Source: Planctomyces sp.
GTDB taxonomy: Bacteria > Planctomycetota > Planctomycetia > Planctomycetales > Planctomycetaceae
DNA length: 64,000 bases
Direction of reading: 5' to 3'
Assembly: GCA_019636235.1 (NCBI GenBank)
Contig: JAHBXW010000003.1
Location: 1 to 64,000 of the forward strand
A program made the translations under genes and the position numbers. The notes beneath the pieces are model-generated. The model searched no databases, was not told where the DNA came from, and saw nothing but the letters and a program-made list of their open reading frames with translations. This document shows, one piece after another, positions 37,190-46,712 of the stretch (position 1 is the first letter of the stretch; the number at the start of each line of letters is the position of its first letter).

Positions 37190-38578
37190 TCAGTCGGAAA
37201 ACTCGACGGCGCCGAGATCGGGCCGGCCATCATCGGGCCGCTTCCGCGCCTGAACGGGGAGCCCCAACTGCCATTTCACGGGATGATCCGCGACATCGGG
37301 CGGATGCGGCAGGCCCCGGTCCTGCGCCGCCGATCCGGACGACAACCGAAAATCTCCGGCGGCGAAGTTCCGCACCACGGCCAGGTCGACCTCAATATTC
37401 GACTCCGCCAGCACCTGTCCCGTGAACTTGTCGTGCGAGCGCTTCCAGCCCGGCTTCATCCCGTTGTGATGCATTCTCACCGACCCCGTTTCGCCCAGAA
37501 TGGCCAGCCGGGTTCCGGGGCCGTCGACCAGCACCAGGTTGTTGAACACCTCGGCCCGCTGCACGGCCGTGGACAGCCGCAACAGCGTCGTCGTGCCGTT
37601 GCGGCGCGAAAGGACGGTGTTGTGGAAGAACCACAGCGGCCCGCGGCGGAAGTCGTCTTCCGGCCCGCTGTCGCCGCCGAAATGAGCGATCTGGTTGTTG
37701 CCGTCGCCGTCCCGCTCAATCAGCACGTTGCCGTAGACGAAGGCCACGTGGTAGTCGTCGCGGGCCCGGATCTCGGTCCCCTCCTGGGCCTCGACCAGAT
37801 CAATCTGCCGGTTGCCTCCCTCGATGAGGTTGTACCGGATGATGGTTCCCGAGGAACGATCCTTGAGGTTTGAACCTCCGCAGCCGTCCCGCAGCGGGCC
37901 GAAGCGGTTGAACTGGAACGTGATGCCCGCGGACTGCGTGTAGTTGTTGTGCTGATACGCGCTGCCCTCGACGCCGTTCCCGAAGATGTCGCAGCCTTCG
38001 ACGAGGACGTGCGCCGAGTCATGGGCCGAGAAGAAGCCGTTGGCGCAGTCGTGCAGCCGGCAACTGCGAATCGTGATGTGTTCGCCGCGCTCGACGTAGA
38101 TGGCGCTGGCGCTCTCCGAGTATTCGGCCAGCCCTTCCCGTCCGAAGAAGTTCCGGCCCGGCCGGGCGCCGCGTAGCTCCAGCCCTTCAATGACAATCCA
38201 GGCCGGCATGACGTCGGGCGGATTGTTCGAGCCGCCGATCTTGATGATGCCCCGGGCGCCGCTCCAGAAATCGAGCTGCGGACCGGTGACGGCGCCTTCC
38301 GCGTCGATGATCGGGAGTTGTCCCTCGGGGCCGGGCACGCCACGGATGACAATCGGTTGTTCGGCCGTGCCGCGCGCGGCGACGACCCACTTCGCGCGGT
38401 AAGGCTCTGGCCGCCAGTGGATGGATACGACATCCCCGGCGGCGAGCCGCTCGAAGGGGGTCTGCTCCAGCCGCAGGAACTCCTGGTCCGGCCCGACGGC
38501 GTATTCGCGGGCCAGCAGCCGGCAGTCCGGGACGGCGATGATCGCCAGGACCGCGGCGACGAGTGTTCGAATCGGCAT
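37190..38578 (-). CDS. Secreted right-handed parallel beta-helix protein (pectate-lyase/polysaccharide-lyase-like)
   Basis: Signal MPIRTLVAAVLAIIAVP. Repetitive beta-helix-like segments (…HDCANGFFSAHDSAHVLVEGCDIFGNGVEGSAYQHNNY…NLIEGGNRQIDLV…). Start trimmed to 38578. Confidence 0.6.
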   Translation of the reverse strand: MPIRTLVAAVLAIIAVPDCRLLAREYAVGPDQEFLRLEQTPFERLAAGDVVSIHWRPEPYRAKWVVAARGTAEQPIVIRGVPGPEGQLPIIDAEGAVTGPQLDFWSGARGIIKIGGSNNPPDVMPAWIVIEGLELRGARPGRNFFGREGLAEYSESASAIYVERGEHITIRSCRLHDCANGFFSAHDSAHVLVEGCDIFGNGVEGSAYQHNNYTQSAGITFQFNRFGPLRDGCGGSNLKDRSSGTIIRYNLIEGGNRQIDLVEAQEGTEIRARDDYHVAFVYGNVLIERDGDGNNQIAHFGGDSGPEDDFRRGPLWFFHNTVLSRRNGTTTLLRLSTAVQRAEVFNNLVLVDGPGTRLAILGETGSVRMHHNGMKPGWKRSHDKFTGQVLAESNIEVDLAVVRNFAAGDFRLSSGSAAQDRGLPHPPDVADHPVKWQLGLPVQARKRPDDGRPDLGAVEFSD

Positions 38579-38591
38579 GATGCGAGAGAGC

Positions 38592-41500
38592 TCAGTCCTT
38601 GGGTGGGCGGCGGCCCCGGCGGCCGCGCGGGCTGCGGCGCGAGGAATCCCCCGAGGTCCGCCCCTTGCCCGAACGCAGCGACTCCCGCCAGCGGCGGATC
38701 TGCTCGCGGAACTCCGCCTGCGACAGCGGCACGGGCGGGAGATGAATCTCCGCCTCCGGACCGGGACGGCCCCCCTCTTCGGGGTCGGTCGCGTCCTGCA
38801 CTTCCTTGTCCAGCGCCCGAATCCAGCCCGGGACGTCGATGCCGGAGCCCCAGGAATCCAGCAGGTACAAGCGGATCTCGTGCGACAGTTCCTCAAAGGC
38901 CTTCGACTGGCTGACCCCCGCCCGCGCGTCGGCCACCGCCGGCTTCACCAGCGCCTGCATCCGGTTCACCGCCAGCGGCTTCACGAACCGCTGGTTGAGA
39001 TGGTCGGCAATGACGGGCATCCGCATGCCGTATTCCTGCTGCAGCTCGCGGAGGTCCTCGAGATGCTGGGCGGCGATGTCGGCCGTCTGCACCTCATAGG
39101 TGGTTTCCCAGAGCCGCGCGGCCTCGCGGAGCCCTGCCCGGCAGAGCACCTCGTGCACCAGCGTCAACGGCAGCATATGCCACGCGTCGCGGTCGTAGGC
39201 CGCCTCGACCCTCAGAAATTCCAGCAGGCAGTAAAAGTTCTCGCCGTAGTCCGACTGCGTCGTCGTCGTGTTGTATTCCAGGAACCGGTCGAACTTGTCG
39301 ACGACGATTGAATAGATCGTCTCCAGCGCCCAGGCGGCGCTTTCGCGGTCGACGCGGCCCTCCTCCATGTCCTCCAGCAGCCGCATCGGGTGCAGCGGGT
39401 CCTGCTCCTTTTCCAGGTAGTCCAGGTACCAATCGACCCCGTTATGCAGAATGGCCCGGACGTTCCCCAACGTGAGTTGGCTGGCATGAAACAGGTCTGC
39501 CCCATAGGCCTCGATGAACTCCGCCAGTTCCTCCCAGTCCTCGTTGCTGCGCAGTCCGTCCACTGACGAAATCCGCATCGTCCGGCTGTGGTCGATCCAC
39601 AGTTTCTGGTAGGCGTCGAGCACCTCGCCAAGGCACTCGATGAGGGCTTCCGCATCGTTGCGAACGTCGTCCCAGGCGGCGGACGACTGAATCACGGCCG
39701 TCAGCGACGTTCGCAGCGCGAGATCGAACAGCCGGTCGAACTCGGTGATCGCCTGCCCTTCCGGACGGTACTTCCGCTCCATGCGAAACGCCGTCTGCAA
39801 CACATGGAATGTCTCCCGCAACAGGCCCAGCTTGGGCAGCTCCCGCAGCAGAAACCGCACCACCGACTGCAGCGCCTGAATCCGCAGCAGCGGACCTGGC
39901 TTGCCGCCGTTCTCCAGCGGCACGTACAGCAGGGGATGCTGTTCCAGCCAGCCCACGAGCTGCGGCAGCATCCGCTGCACTTCGGCCGTGTCGCGGCGCA
40001 CGATGGCCCGGTAACAGGCCGCGACGCGCTCCTCGTCCTGCGAAGGCCGCGGCGCCGCCAGCGACTCCGGCAGGCAGCCCGCCAGCAGCCGCTCCGCGTT
40101 CCGCAGCGAGATCAACGTCCCCACGATGTGATGCAGCAGATAGAACTTCACCTGCAGCTGGATGTCGTACTCAACGTTCGAATCGTGATCGCCCGACGTC
40201 TGGCCGATCTCGTATTCCCAGACCGAGTGCATCAGCTCCGCCAGGTCTCCCTGCCAGCGGCGGGATTGCTGATGCCAGCCGCTGGCCGACTGCACCGCGT
40301 CCGCATCCAGCGTCTGCGCCGCCGCCTCGCGAGCCAGGACGACCGCCGCCATCTGCCACAACTGGGCGACCGCGTTCAGGAACTTCAGCCGCGGCTCGAT
40401 CTCCCGATTGATCAGCTCGAACTCGGTGTTGCGGAATCCGTAGTCGTTCTCGAGGGTGTCCCCCCAGTTGCCGTCGTCGGTGCTGTCGCGATACGTGACG
40501 CCTTCATAGGCGGCGCCGAACACGTCGTCGGTCTCTTCGTCGTCCTCGCGGCGGCGGCCCGGCTCGGTCCGCTCGGCCTCGTCCGCGTCGCGAGCCCGGG
40601 TGACGGCGTTCTTCAGCGTCGGCACGGCCCAGTACGCCTCCGCGTTGGCCTCGAGGTAATCGAACAGCCGGCGGATCGCGGAGGCCCGCTGCAGGCCCTC
40701 GAGCGTCTGGTCGTCGTGCGTCGTCGTCAGCTTCATCCAGCGGATCAGCAGCGAGAACACGGAGTGTTCCGGCGTCTCAAAGCCGACCTCGTCGATCCGG
40801 CTCAGCCACTGCATCAACAGGCCCATCGACGCGACGTGATCCGCGCGCTCGAGGAGCGCGTCGATGACCTGCGCATAGGACTGGGCCGACTGGAACTGGT
40901 CGACGTGCTGCCGCCAGAACGAGATGTCTCCAGCGGCCTCGCCGGCGGCGCGCCATTCGGTGAGCGCCTGGGCGACGTGTTCGGCCGACTGGAACGACTG
41001 GGCGCCGACGACCTCCGGGAGGTCCTCGATGACGGTGCTGCCAAACTTGTCCCACCATTCAGCCAGCGATCGGAACTCGGCCTGCATGCGTTCGCGCAGC
41101 GCGCCCTTGCCCTGCGCCGCCGCTTCCGCCATGCAGCGGCCGTAGATGCCGAACGCCGCCTCGACGAGATCCAGCAGCGACTCGACGCGATTGTCCGGGA
41201 TCGCGTCCTCGCGGGAGGTGAACAGCGGAAACTGGCCGCTGAACCCCAGGATGTTCCAGGGATCGACGAGCGCGCCGCAGTCGATGCCCCGCGTCAGCAG
41301 TCCGGGGATCGCCGAGATGTGTTCCGCCGCGGCCTCGACATTGCCGCGATCGAGTTGATGGTGACCGGCGCTGACCTGGCATTCGATCTCGGTTTCGAAC
41401 CGGATCGACGCGGCCGGAATTTCCGCAGCCATCTCGCGGCTGGCGTCGGCGTATCCCATCTGCGCGCACAGGTAGGCCAGTTCGCGGTACTGCACCTGCC

Positions 41501-42635
41501 GCGCGCCGTAGCCCGCGAGGTGCATGTTCAGATACTGCCTGACGTGCCCGAAGGGCTGCTGCGTTTTCTCGGCCTCGCGGCGCAGCCGTTTGGCCCGCGC
41601 CCCTTCGAGCTGCTGCATCAGCCGGTTATAGAACTCGTCCCGGCGACGGGCGACGACCGGCAGCAGCGAGGACAGCGTGACGCTGGAATCGAACGTGTCC
41701 GGGCCGGCCCCGCTGACAGACGAGGCCATCAGCATCGTGCCGCAGAGGGCCGCGGCCGCATCGAACAGGCGTTCCTCGCGGCGGCCCTTGATCTCCCCTC
41801 CGTCGACCCACGCGGACAGCGCGTCGAGCAGGATCTGGCGGACCACGAACCTGCGGTAATGCCCCTTGACGTCGATGCGGTGCGGATCCCACTCGCCAAA
41901 CATGTAGTTCGTGCGCTTGTTCACCGGATGCAGGTGATCGTGCGCGCGGACGTCGAGCGCCAGCTCCTCCAGCGAATCGAGGTCCAGGTACGCGTCCCGC
42001 AGCAGGTCGTGCGGCGCTTCCTTCAGAAAGTCGAGCGTCCGCTGGATGAGATCGTGATACTTTCCCGCGGCGACTCCGGCGCCGGCGATGTACAGCGGCG
42101 CCGGTCGGAATCGCTCGTGCGGATAGAGCTCCATCTTCCGGCCGTTCTCCAGCACGGCGACCGGCCTGTAGCCGACGTAGTCGTTCAACTGCTGGATCGC
42201 CCCGGCGATGATCCGCTCGCGCTCGTCCCAGGGCCCCCCCTGCGACAGCACGGCCTCGAACATCCGGCCCAGCAGAAAGGGCTGCTCGAACTCCGACGCG
42301 GCGAGATGGAACAGCAGGTCGGCGTGGTATTCGCGGTAGGCGGGGAGCAGGACATCGAGGGTGAGTTCGATGACGTTGCCGGCCTGGGCGGCGTCGGCGA
42401 AGGCGGACTGATCGGCGGACAGCTTTTCGAGCTGGGCTTTCAACCAGTCGCGAAGCGCGGCGGCGTTGAATTCCGGGAGGAACTCGGCGGTGCGGTTGAT
42501 GGCCTTGACGAAGGCCGGATCCTCCTTGCCGCTGGAGAAATTGAGGTGGCCGAGAATCTCCTTGGCCAGCGCGACGGCCTCGGGCTTCCAGGCGCCGCCG
42601 CCGGCCGAGGATGTCTGCTTTTTCCGTGCCGCCAT
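38592..42635 (-). CDS. Large (about 1347 aa) uncharacterised cytoplasmic, mostly alpha-helical protein
   Basis: The uninterrupted ORF has normal amino-acid diversity, no signal peptide, a highly basic C-terminal tail (SSRRSPRGRRGRRPPKD), and an acidic insert (EDDEETDDVFGAAYEGVTYRDSTDDGNWGD). I recognise no family. Start chosen at the ATG at 42635; the ORF-track TTG is at 42656. Confidence 0.6.
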   Translation of the reverse strand: MAARKKQTSSAGGGAWKPEAVALAKEILGHLNFSSGKEDPAFVKAINRTAEFLPEFNAAALRDWLKAQLEKLSADQSAFADAAQAGNVIELTLDVLLPAYREYHADLLFHLAASEFEQPFLLGRMFEAVLSQGGPWDERERIIAGAIQQLNDYVGYRPVAVLENGRKMELYPHERFRPAPLYIAGAGVAAGKYHDLIQRTLDFLKEAPHDLLRDAYLDLDSLEELALDVRAHDHLHPVNKRTNYMFGEWDPHRIDVKGHYRRFVVRQILLDALSAWVDGGEIKGRREERLFDAAAALCGTMLMASSVSGAGPDTFDSSVTLSSLLPVVARRRDEFYNRLMQQLEGARAKRLRREAEKTQQPFGHVRQYLNMHLAGYGARQVQYRELAYLCAQMGYADASREMAAEIPAASIRFETEIECQVSAGHHQLDRGNVEAAAEHISAIPGLLTRGIDCGALVDPWNILGFSGQFPLFTSREDAIPDNRVESLLDLVEAAFGIYGRCMAEAAAQGKGALRERMQAEFRSLAEWWDKFGSTVIEDLPEVVGAQSFQSAEHVAQALTEWRAAGEAAGDISFWRQHVDQFQSAQSYAQVIDALLERADHVASMGLLMQWLSRIDEVGFETPEHSVFSLLIRWMKLTTTHDDQTLEGLQRASAIRRLFDYLEANAEAYWAVPTLKNAVTRARDADEAERTEPGRRREDDEETDDVFGAAYEGVTYRDSTDDGNWGDTLENDYGFRNTEFELINREIEPRLKFLNAVAQLWQMAAVVLAREAAAQTLDADAVQSASGWHQQSRRWQGDLAELMHSVWEYEIGQTSGDHDSNVEYDIQLQVKFYLLHHIVGTLISLRNAERLLAGCLPESLAAPRPSQDEERVAACYRAIVRRDTAEVQRMLPQLVGWLEQHPLLYVPLENGGKPGPLLRIQALQSVVRFLLRELPKLGLLRETFHVLQTAFRMERKYRPEGQAITEFDRLFDLALRTSLTAVIQSSAAWDDVRNDAEALIECLGEVLDAYQKLWIDHSRTMRISSVDGLRSNEDWEELAEFIEAYGADLFHASQLTLGNVRAILHNGVDWYLDYLEKEQDPLHPMRLLEDMEEGRVDRESAAWALETIYSIVVDKFDRFLEYNTTTTQSDYGENFYCLLEFLRVEAAYDRDAWHMLPLTLVHEVLCRAGLREAARLWETTYEVQTADIAAQHLEDLRELQQEYGMRMPVIADHLNQRFVKPLAVNRMQALVKPAVADARAGVSQSKAFEELSHEIRLYLLDSWGSGIDVPGWIRALDKEVQDATDPEEGGRPGPEAEIHLPPVPLSQAEFREQIRRWRESLRSGKGRTSGDSSRRSPRGRRGRRPPKD

Positions 42636-43031
42636 ATGTAACTGACAATCTCGCAACGCGCCGCGTCAGGGCGGCGGGTCGGCGACTGGGGGATTCGGAA
42701 AGTTCAATCTGGGGACGTGTGCGGCGGACGCCGACGTCGCGACTCCGGACACGCTCCATTCTGGCCGAACGGCGCGATGCCCGTAAAGCCGCTCGTCGAG
42801 CGGCCGGGACAGATCGCGATGGGCGGACTTTGACGGACTTCGCGTTTGACGCAAGTCATCCGACGGTTGCAGCCGTTCGAGGCGGCGGAATCGTCGCGGA
42901 TCGGGGCGACCAGACTGCCGCCTGTCCGCCGGGTGTCCGCTCGGGTGCTGCGAATTCCCCCTTCAGTCGCCGAGAATGCCCGTCGTCTCGTTCGGGCCGC
43001 GTCCCCTGGCCCGGCATCGCCCGGGGGATCG

Positions 43032-44315
43032 CTAGCGGCGGTTCATCGGCACGTAGTCCCGCCGGGCCGGACCCGTATAGATCTGCCGCGGACGCGCGAT
43101 CTTCTGTTCAGGATCCTCCAGCATCTCCTGCCACTGCGCAAGCCAGCCCGCCGTCCGGGGAATCGCGAACAGCACCGGAAACATCGACACCGGCAGGCCC
43201 ATCGACTGATAGATCAGTCCCGAATAGAAGTCCACGTTCGGGTACAGTTTCCGCTTCACGAAGAAGTCATCGTCGAGAGCGATCCGCTCCAGCTCGAGCG
43301 CGATTTCCAGCAGCGGGTTCCGGCCCGTCACCTCGAACACCTCGTCCGCCGTCCGCTTGATGATCGTCGCCCGCGGATCGTAGTTCTTGTACACGCGGTG
43401 GCCGAAGCCCATCAGCAGCACCTCGCGGTTCTTCACCCGCTCGATGAAGTTCGGCACCTCTTTCACGTCGCCAATCGATTCCAGCATCCGCAGGACGGCC
43501 TCGTTCGCGCCGCCGTGCAGCGGACCGTACAGCGCGGCCGCCGCTCCCGCGTAGGCGCTGTAGGGATCGACCTCGGACGAACCCACCGCCCGCATCGCCG
43601 CCGTGCTGCAGTTCTGCTCGTGATCGGCGTGCAGGATGAACAGAATTTCGAGCGCCCGGGAAAGCACCGGGTGCACTTCCAGCCGGCTTTCGGTCATCCG
43701 GAACATCATGTTCAGGAAGTTCTCGGTGTAGCCCAGCTCGTTGTTGGGGTAGTTGTACGGCAGGCCCAGGCTGTGCCGGTAACACACGGCCGCCAGCGTG
43801 GGGACCTTGGCGATCAACCGGTGGATCTGCTTCAACCGCGTGGCCGCGTCCCGGACGTTCTTCGCTTCCGGATAGAACGTCGACAGCGCCGCCACGCTGC
43901 TGATCAGCATGCCCATCGGATGGGCGTCGTACCGGAAGCCCTCCATGAGCTGCTTCAGGTTCTCATGGACGATCGTGTGCGATTCGATCGAGTTTTCCCA
44001 GTTCTTCAGCTCGTCGGCCGTGGGCAGTTCGCCGTGGATCAGCAGGTAGGCCGTTTCGAGGTACGTCCCGTGTTCGGCGAGCTGCTCGATCGGGTATCCG
44101 CGGTACTCCAGCACCCCCTGGTCGCCATCGATGTAGGTGATCGAGCTGCGCGTGGCGGCGGTGTTGAGGAAGCCGGGGTCATAGGACACCAGCCCCCAGT
44201 CCTCCTCGGAGGTCTTGATCTGACGCAGGTCCGTCGCCCGCACGGCGCCGTCCACAATCGGCACGTCGTACTTCTTGCCGGTGCGGTTGTCGGTGATCGT
44301 CAGCGTGTCGGCCAT
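43032..44315 (-). CDS. gltA: Citrate synthase
   Basis: Full-length type II citrate synthase pattern, including GFGHRVYKNYDPRA and …LYPNVDFYSGLIY…. Confidence 0.9.
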   Translation of the reverse strand: MADTLTITDNRTGKKYDVPIVDGAVRATDLRQIKTSEEDWGLVSYDPGFLNTAATRSSITYIDGDQGVLEYRGYPIEQLAEHGTYLETAYLLIHGELPTADELKNWENSIESHTIVHENLKQLMEGFRYDAHPMGMLISSVAALSTFYPEAKNVRDAATRLKQIHRLIAKVPTLAAVCYRHSLGLPYNYPNNELGYTENFLNMMFRMTESRLEVHPVLSRALEILFILHADHEQNCSTAAMRAVGSSEVDPYSAYAGAAAALYGPLHGGANEAVLRMLESIGDVKEVPNFIERVKNREVLLMGFGHRVYKNYDPRATIIKRTADEVFEVTGRNPLLEIALELERIALDDDFFVKRKLYPNVDFYSGLIYQSMGLPVSMFPVLFAIPRTAGWLAQWQEMLEDPEQKIARPRQIYTGPARRDYVPMNRR

Positions 44316-44364
44316 CCAAGACCCTTCGCGGTGGGGGGTGAATCCGGTGGTTGCATCAGGCGGG

Positions 44365-46431
44365 TCAGTTCGTCTCCGGCTGAACGGTCAGCGAGACGAC
44401 CTGGGACGCGGCATCGGCCGCGAGGCGCAGCGGCAATTGCCAGCGGGCGGTCCCGAAGCGGCAGACGCCGCCCGTGCCGTCGCGACAATAGGCATACGCC
44501 ACCCTCAATTCAAACGTCGCCGCCCCGTCCGTCGACGATGTCGGAATCGTCCACCGCGCCGTCGAGTCCTCGACCGTGGCCTCGTGCCGCACCCCCGCCT
44601 CGTCCGGCGGGATCAGCGACTGCTCGCCGTCCGGAATCAGCCGGCACGTCTGCGGCGCCTGCGGGTTCAGCTTGAACCCGTCGGGCAACTGGAACGTCAC
44701 TTCGATCGTCACGTCTCCGCCGGCTTTCGCGGTCTGCTCGGACAGCACGAGCAGCTCCCCCTGCGGCGGCGGCGGCGGATGCAGGATGTCCGGGTGCGGA
44801 GGCTCCAGACCTTCAATCGTCAGCTCCCGCGCCGCCCGCGTCTCCAGATTCACAAACAGCAGCCGGTGATTGTTCGTATCAGCGATCAGCGCCTCGTCGC
44901 CGACGATCAGCACGTCGGCCGGCTCGTACAGTTCGACCGGGTCCAGCCCGGCCCCGCGCCGCCCGGTCCCCAGCCAGGTTTCCGAACGGCGGGTCGCGAG
45001 GTCGACCGTCTTGATCTTGTGGTTGTAGGTGTCGGCCACGAACAGCACGCCGGCATGGTGGAACACGCCCAGCGGATGCTGCAGACGAGCCTCGTCCCCG
45101 ACGCCATCGATGTCGCCGAAGGCGAACAGGCTGCGGCCGTTCGGCAGGTCGTGCGCGCCCGCGATCGTCTCCACCTTGCCGGCGCCCTTGATGACCACCG
45201 ACCGGACCGCCGAGCCTTCGCTGTCCACGAAGTACAGCTTCTGGCCGTCGGTCGTGATTCCCGAGGGCTGCGCCAGTGCGGCGCTCATCCGCGAGCCGTC
45301 GATGATGTCCTCGCGTCCCGAGCCGGCGTAAACGTCGACGCGGTTCGAGCCGATCCTGTGCGACCACAACTGGTGCGGCCCGGCCATGGCGATGTACAGC
45401 GTGCCGTCGTGGTGCGCGAGAGCCCAGGGGCTGTTCAGCGCCGTGCTGCGGCGGGAACCGCCGTCCGCGCGGAGCCGCGCCTGCGACCCCGTGCCGGCCA
45501 GCGTCTTCACGGTCCTTTCCGTGAGGTTGATTTCCCGCAGCAGGTGGTTTTCGGTGTCCGCCACATACAGCGTCTCATCGACCAGCGCCATCCCCTGCGG
45601 ATGGTCGAATGTCGCCTCGTCATACGCGCCGTCCTGCGCGCCGATCGCCCCCGTGCCGATGACGTCCAGCAGCCGGCCGTCGAGCGAACTCACGACGATC
45701 CGGTTGTGGTTGCTGTCGGAGATGAACAGCCGCTCGCCCTGGGGATCGACGACGAGCTTGCCGGGATACCGCAGCGGCGTGGCCTCAGCCCGCTGCCGTT
45801 CAAGCACAAACGACACGGGCGTCTCGTCCAGCGTGCCTTTGGTCTTGTGGTAGGCCGCCATCCGGCCAATGACCGTGTCAAACAGCTCGCGCGTCCCTTC
45901 GCCCGGCTGCTGGCCGACAAAGTTCCCTTCCGGGTCGATGATCACCAGCGTCGGCCAGCTGCTGAACTGGTACTTGCCGGCGATGACCATGTTCGCGTCG
46001 TTGATGACGGGATGCTCAATCTCGTAGCGGAGGATGGCCTCGCGGATGTTCTCGGTGTCGCGCTCATTTTCAAACTTCGGAGCGTGCACGCCGATGACGA
46101 CCAGCTCGTTGGGATACTTCTTCTCGAGGTACTTCAGATCGGGCAGGATGTGAATGCAGTTGATGCAGCAGTAGGTCCAAAAGTCGAGCAGCACGATCTT
46201 GCCGCGGAGCTCGCGCAGCGAAATCGGCCCCGTCGTGTTGAGCCATTCGACGCCGCCATCAAGTTCCGGCGCGGTGAATCGTCCCGGGAAGGGGTTCTGC
46301 CCGGGATTGCGGCCTTGAGCCGCCGCGGGCCGCGCGAACGGACCCAGAGCGACCGCCGCCAGCAGCAGGCCGCACCAGACGGCGCGGCCGATGGAATTCC
46401 GGGGCGAAATCGAAGGCGAACGGCTCGGCAT
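44365..46431 (-). CDS. Exported thioredoxin-like (redoxin, CxxC) + NHL-repeat beta-propeller protein
   Basis: Signal peptide, redoxin motif LLDFWTYCCINCIH, then repeated NHL-like blades (…LYVADTENHLLREINL…, …LFVADTYNHKIKTVDL…, …ALIADTNNHRLLFVNL…). Confidence 0.8.
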   Translation of the reverse strand: MPSRSPSISPRNSIGRAVWCGLLLAAVALGPFARPAAAQGRNPGQNPFPGRFTAPELDGGVEWLNTTGPISLRELRGKIVLLDFWTYCCINCIHILPDLKYLEKKYPNELVVIGVHAPKFENERDTENIREAILRYEIEHPVINDANMVIAGKYQFSSWPTLVIIDPEGNFVGQQPGEGTRELFDTVIGRMAAYHKTKGTLDETPVSFVLERQRAEATPLRYPGKLVVDPQGERLFISDSNHNRIVVSSLDGRLLDVIGTGAIGAQDGAYDEATFDHPQGMALVDETLYVADTENHLLREINLTERTVKTLAGTGSQARLRADGGSRRSTALNSPWALAHHDGTLYIAMAGPHQLWSHRIGSNRVDVYAGSGREDIIDGSRMSAALAQPSGITTDGQKLYFVDSEGSAVRSVVIKGAGKVETIAGAHDLPNGRSLFAFGDIDGVGDEARLQHPLGVFHHAGVLFVADTYNHKIKTVDLATRRSETWLGTGRRGAGLDPVELYEPADVLIVGDEALIADTNNHRLLFVNLETRAARELTIEGLEPPHPDILHPPPPPQGELLVLSEQTAKAGGDVTIEVTFQLPDGFKLNPQAPQTCRLIPDGEQSLIPPDEAGVRHEATVEDSTARWTIPTSSTDGAATFELRVAYAYCRDGTGGVCRFGTARWQLPLRLAADAASQVVSLTVQPETN

Positions 46432-46712
46432 GGCGCTGCTCCAGCAAAGGCGTCGATCCGCCGCTCACGCGTCCTGTTCGAGGCGGCGGCGATCCTCACA
46501 ATCTTAGGGAGAGTCGGTCCGGGGAACCACGCGCCCGACGGGATTGCCGGGGAATGTTGATCGCGGCGGCTCGCGTCCAGGAATGATGGCGGCTTCAGGT
46601 TCGGTCGCGGATCCGCGGGACCGTTTCTGACGATTGCGCAAATTGCGCGGAACGCCGGCAAGGGCGATACATCGGGCCGTCGCCGGGCCGGCTGTGCAAT
46701 TCCCGAAAACCA

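Noticed and set aside
39588-42641. 1017-aa plus-strand ORF
   Set aside because: It is antisense to the 1347-aa protein. The plus-frame product is dominated by R/G/A/L/V/D runs, while the minus-frame product has a normal composition and hydrophobic periodicity.
44275-46560. 761-aa plus-strand ORF
   Set aside because: It is antisense to the thioredoxin-NHL protein, which has a signal peptide, a CxxC motif and NHL blades.
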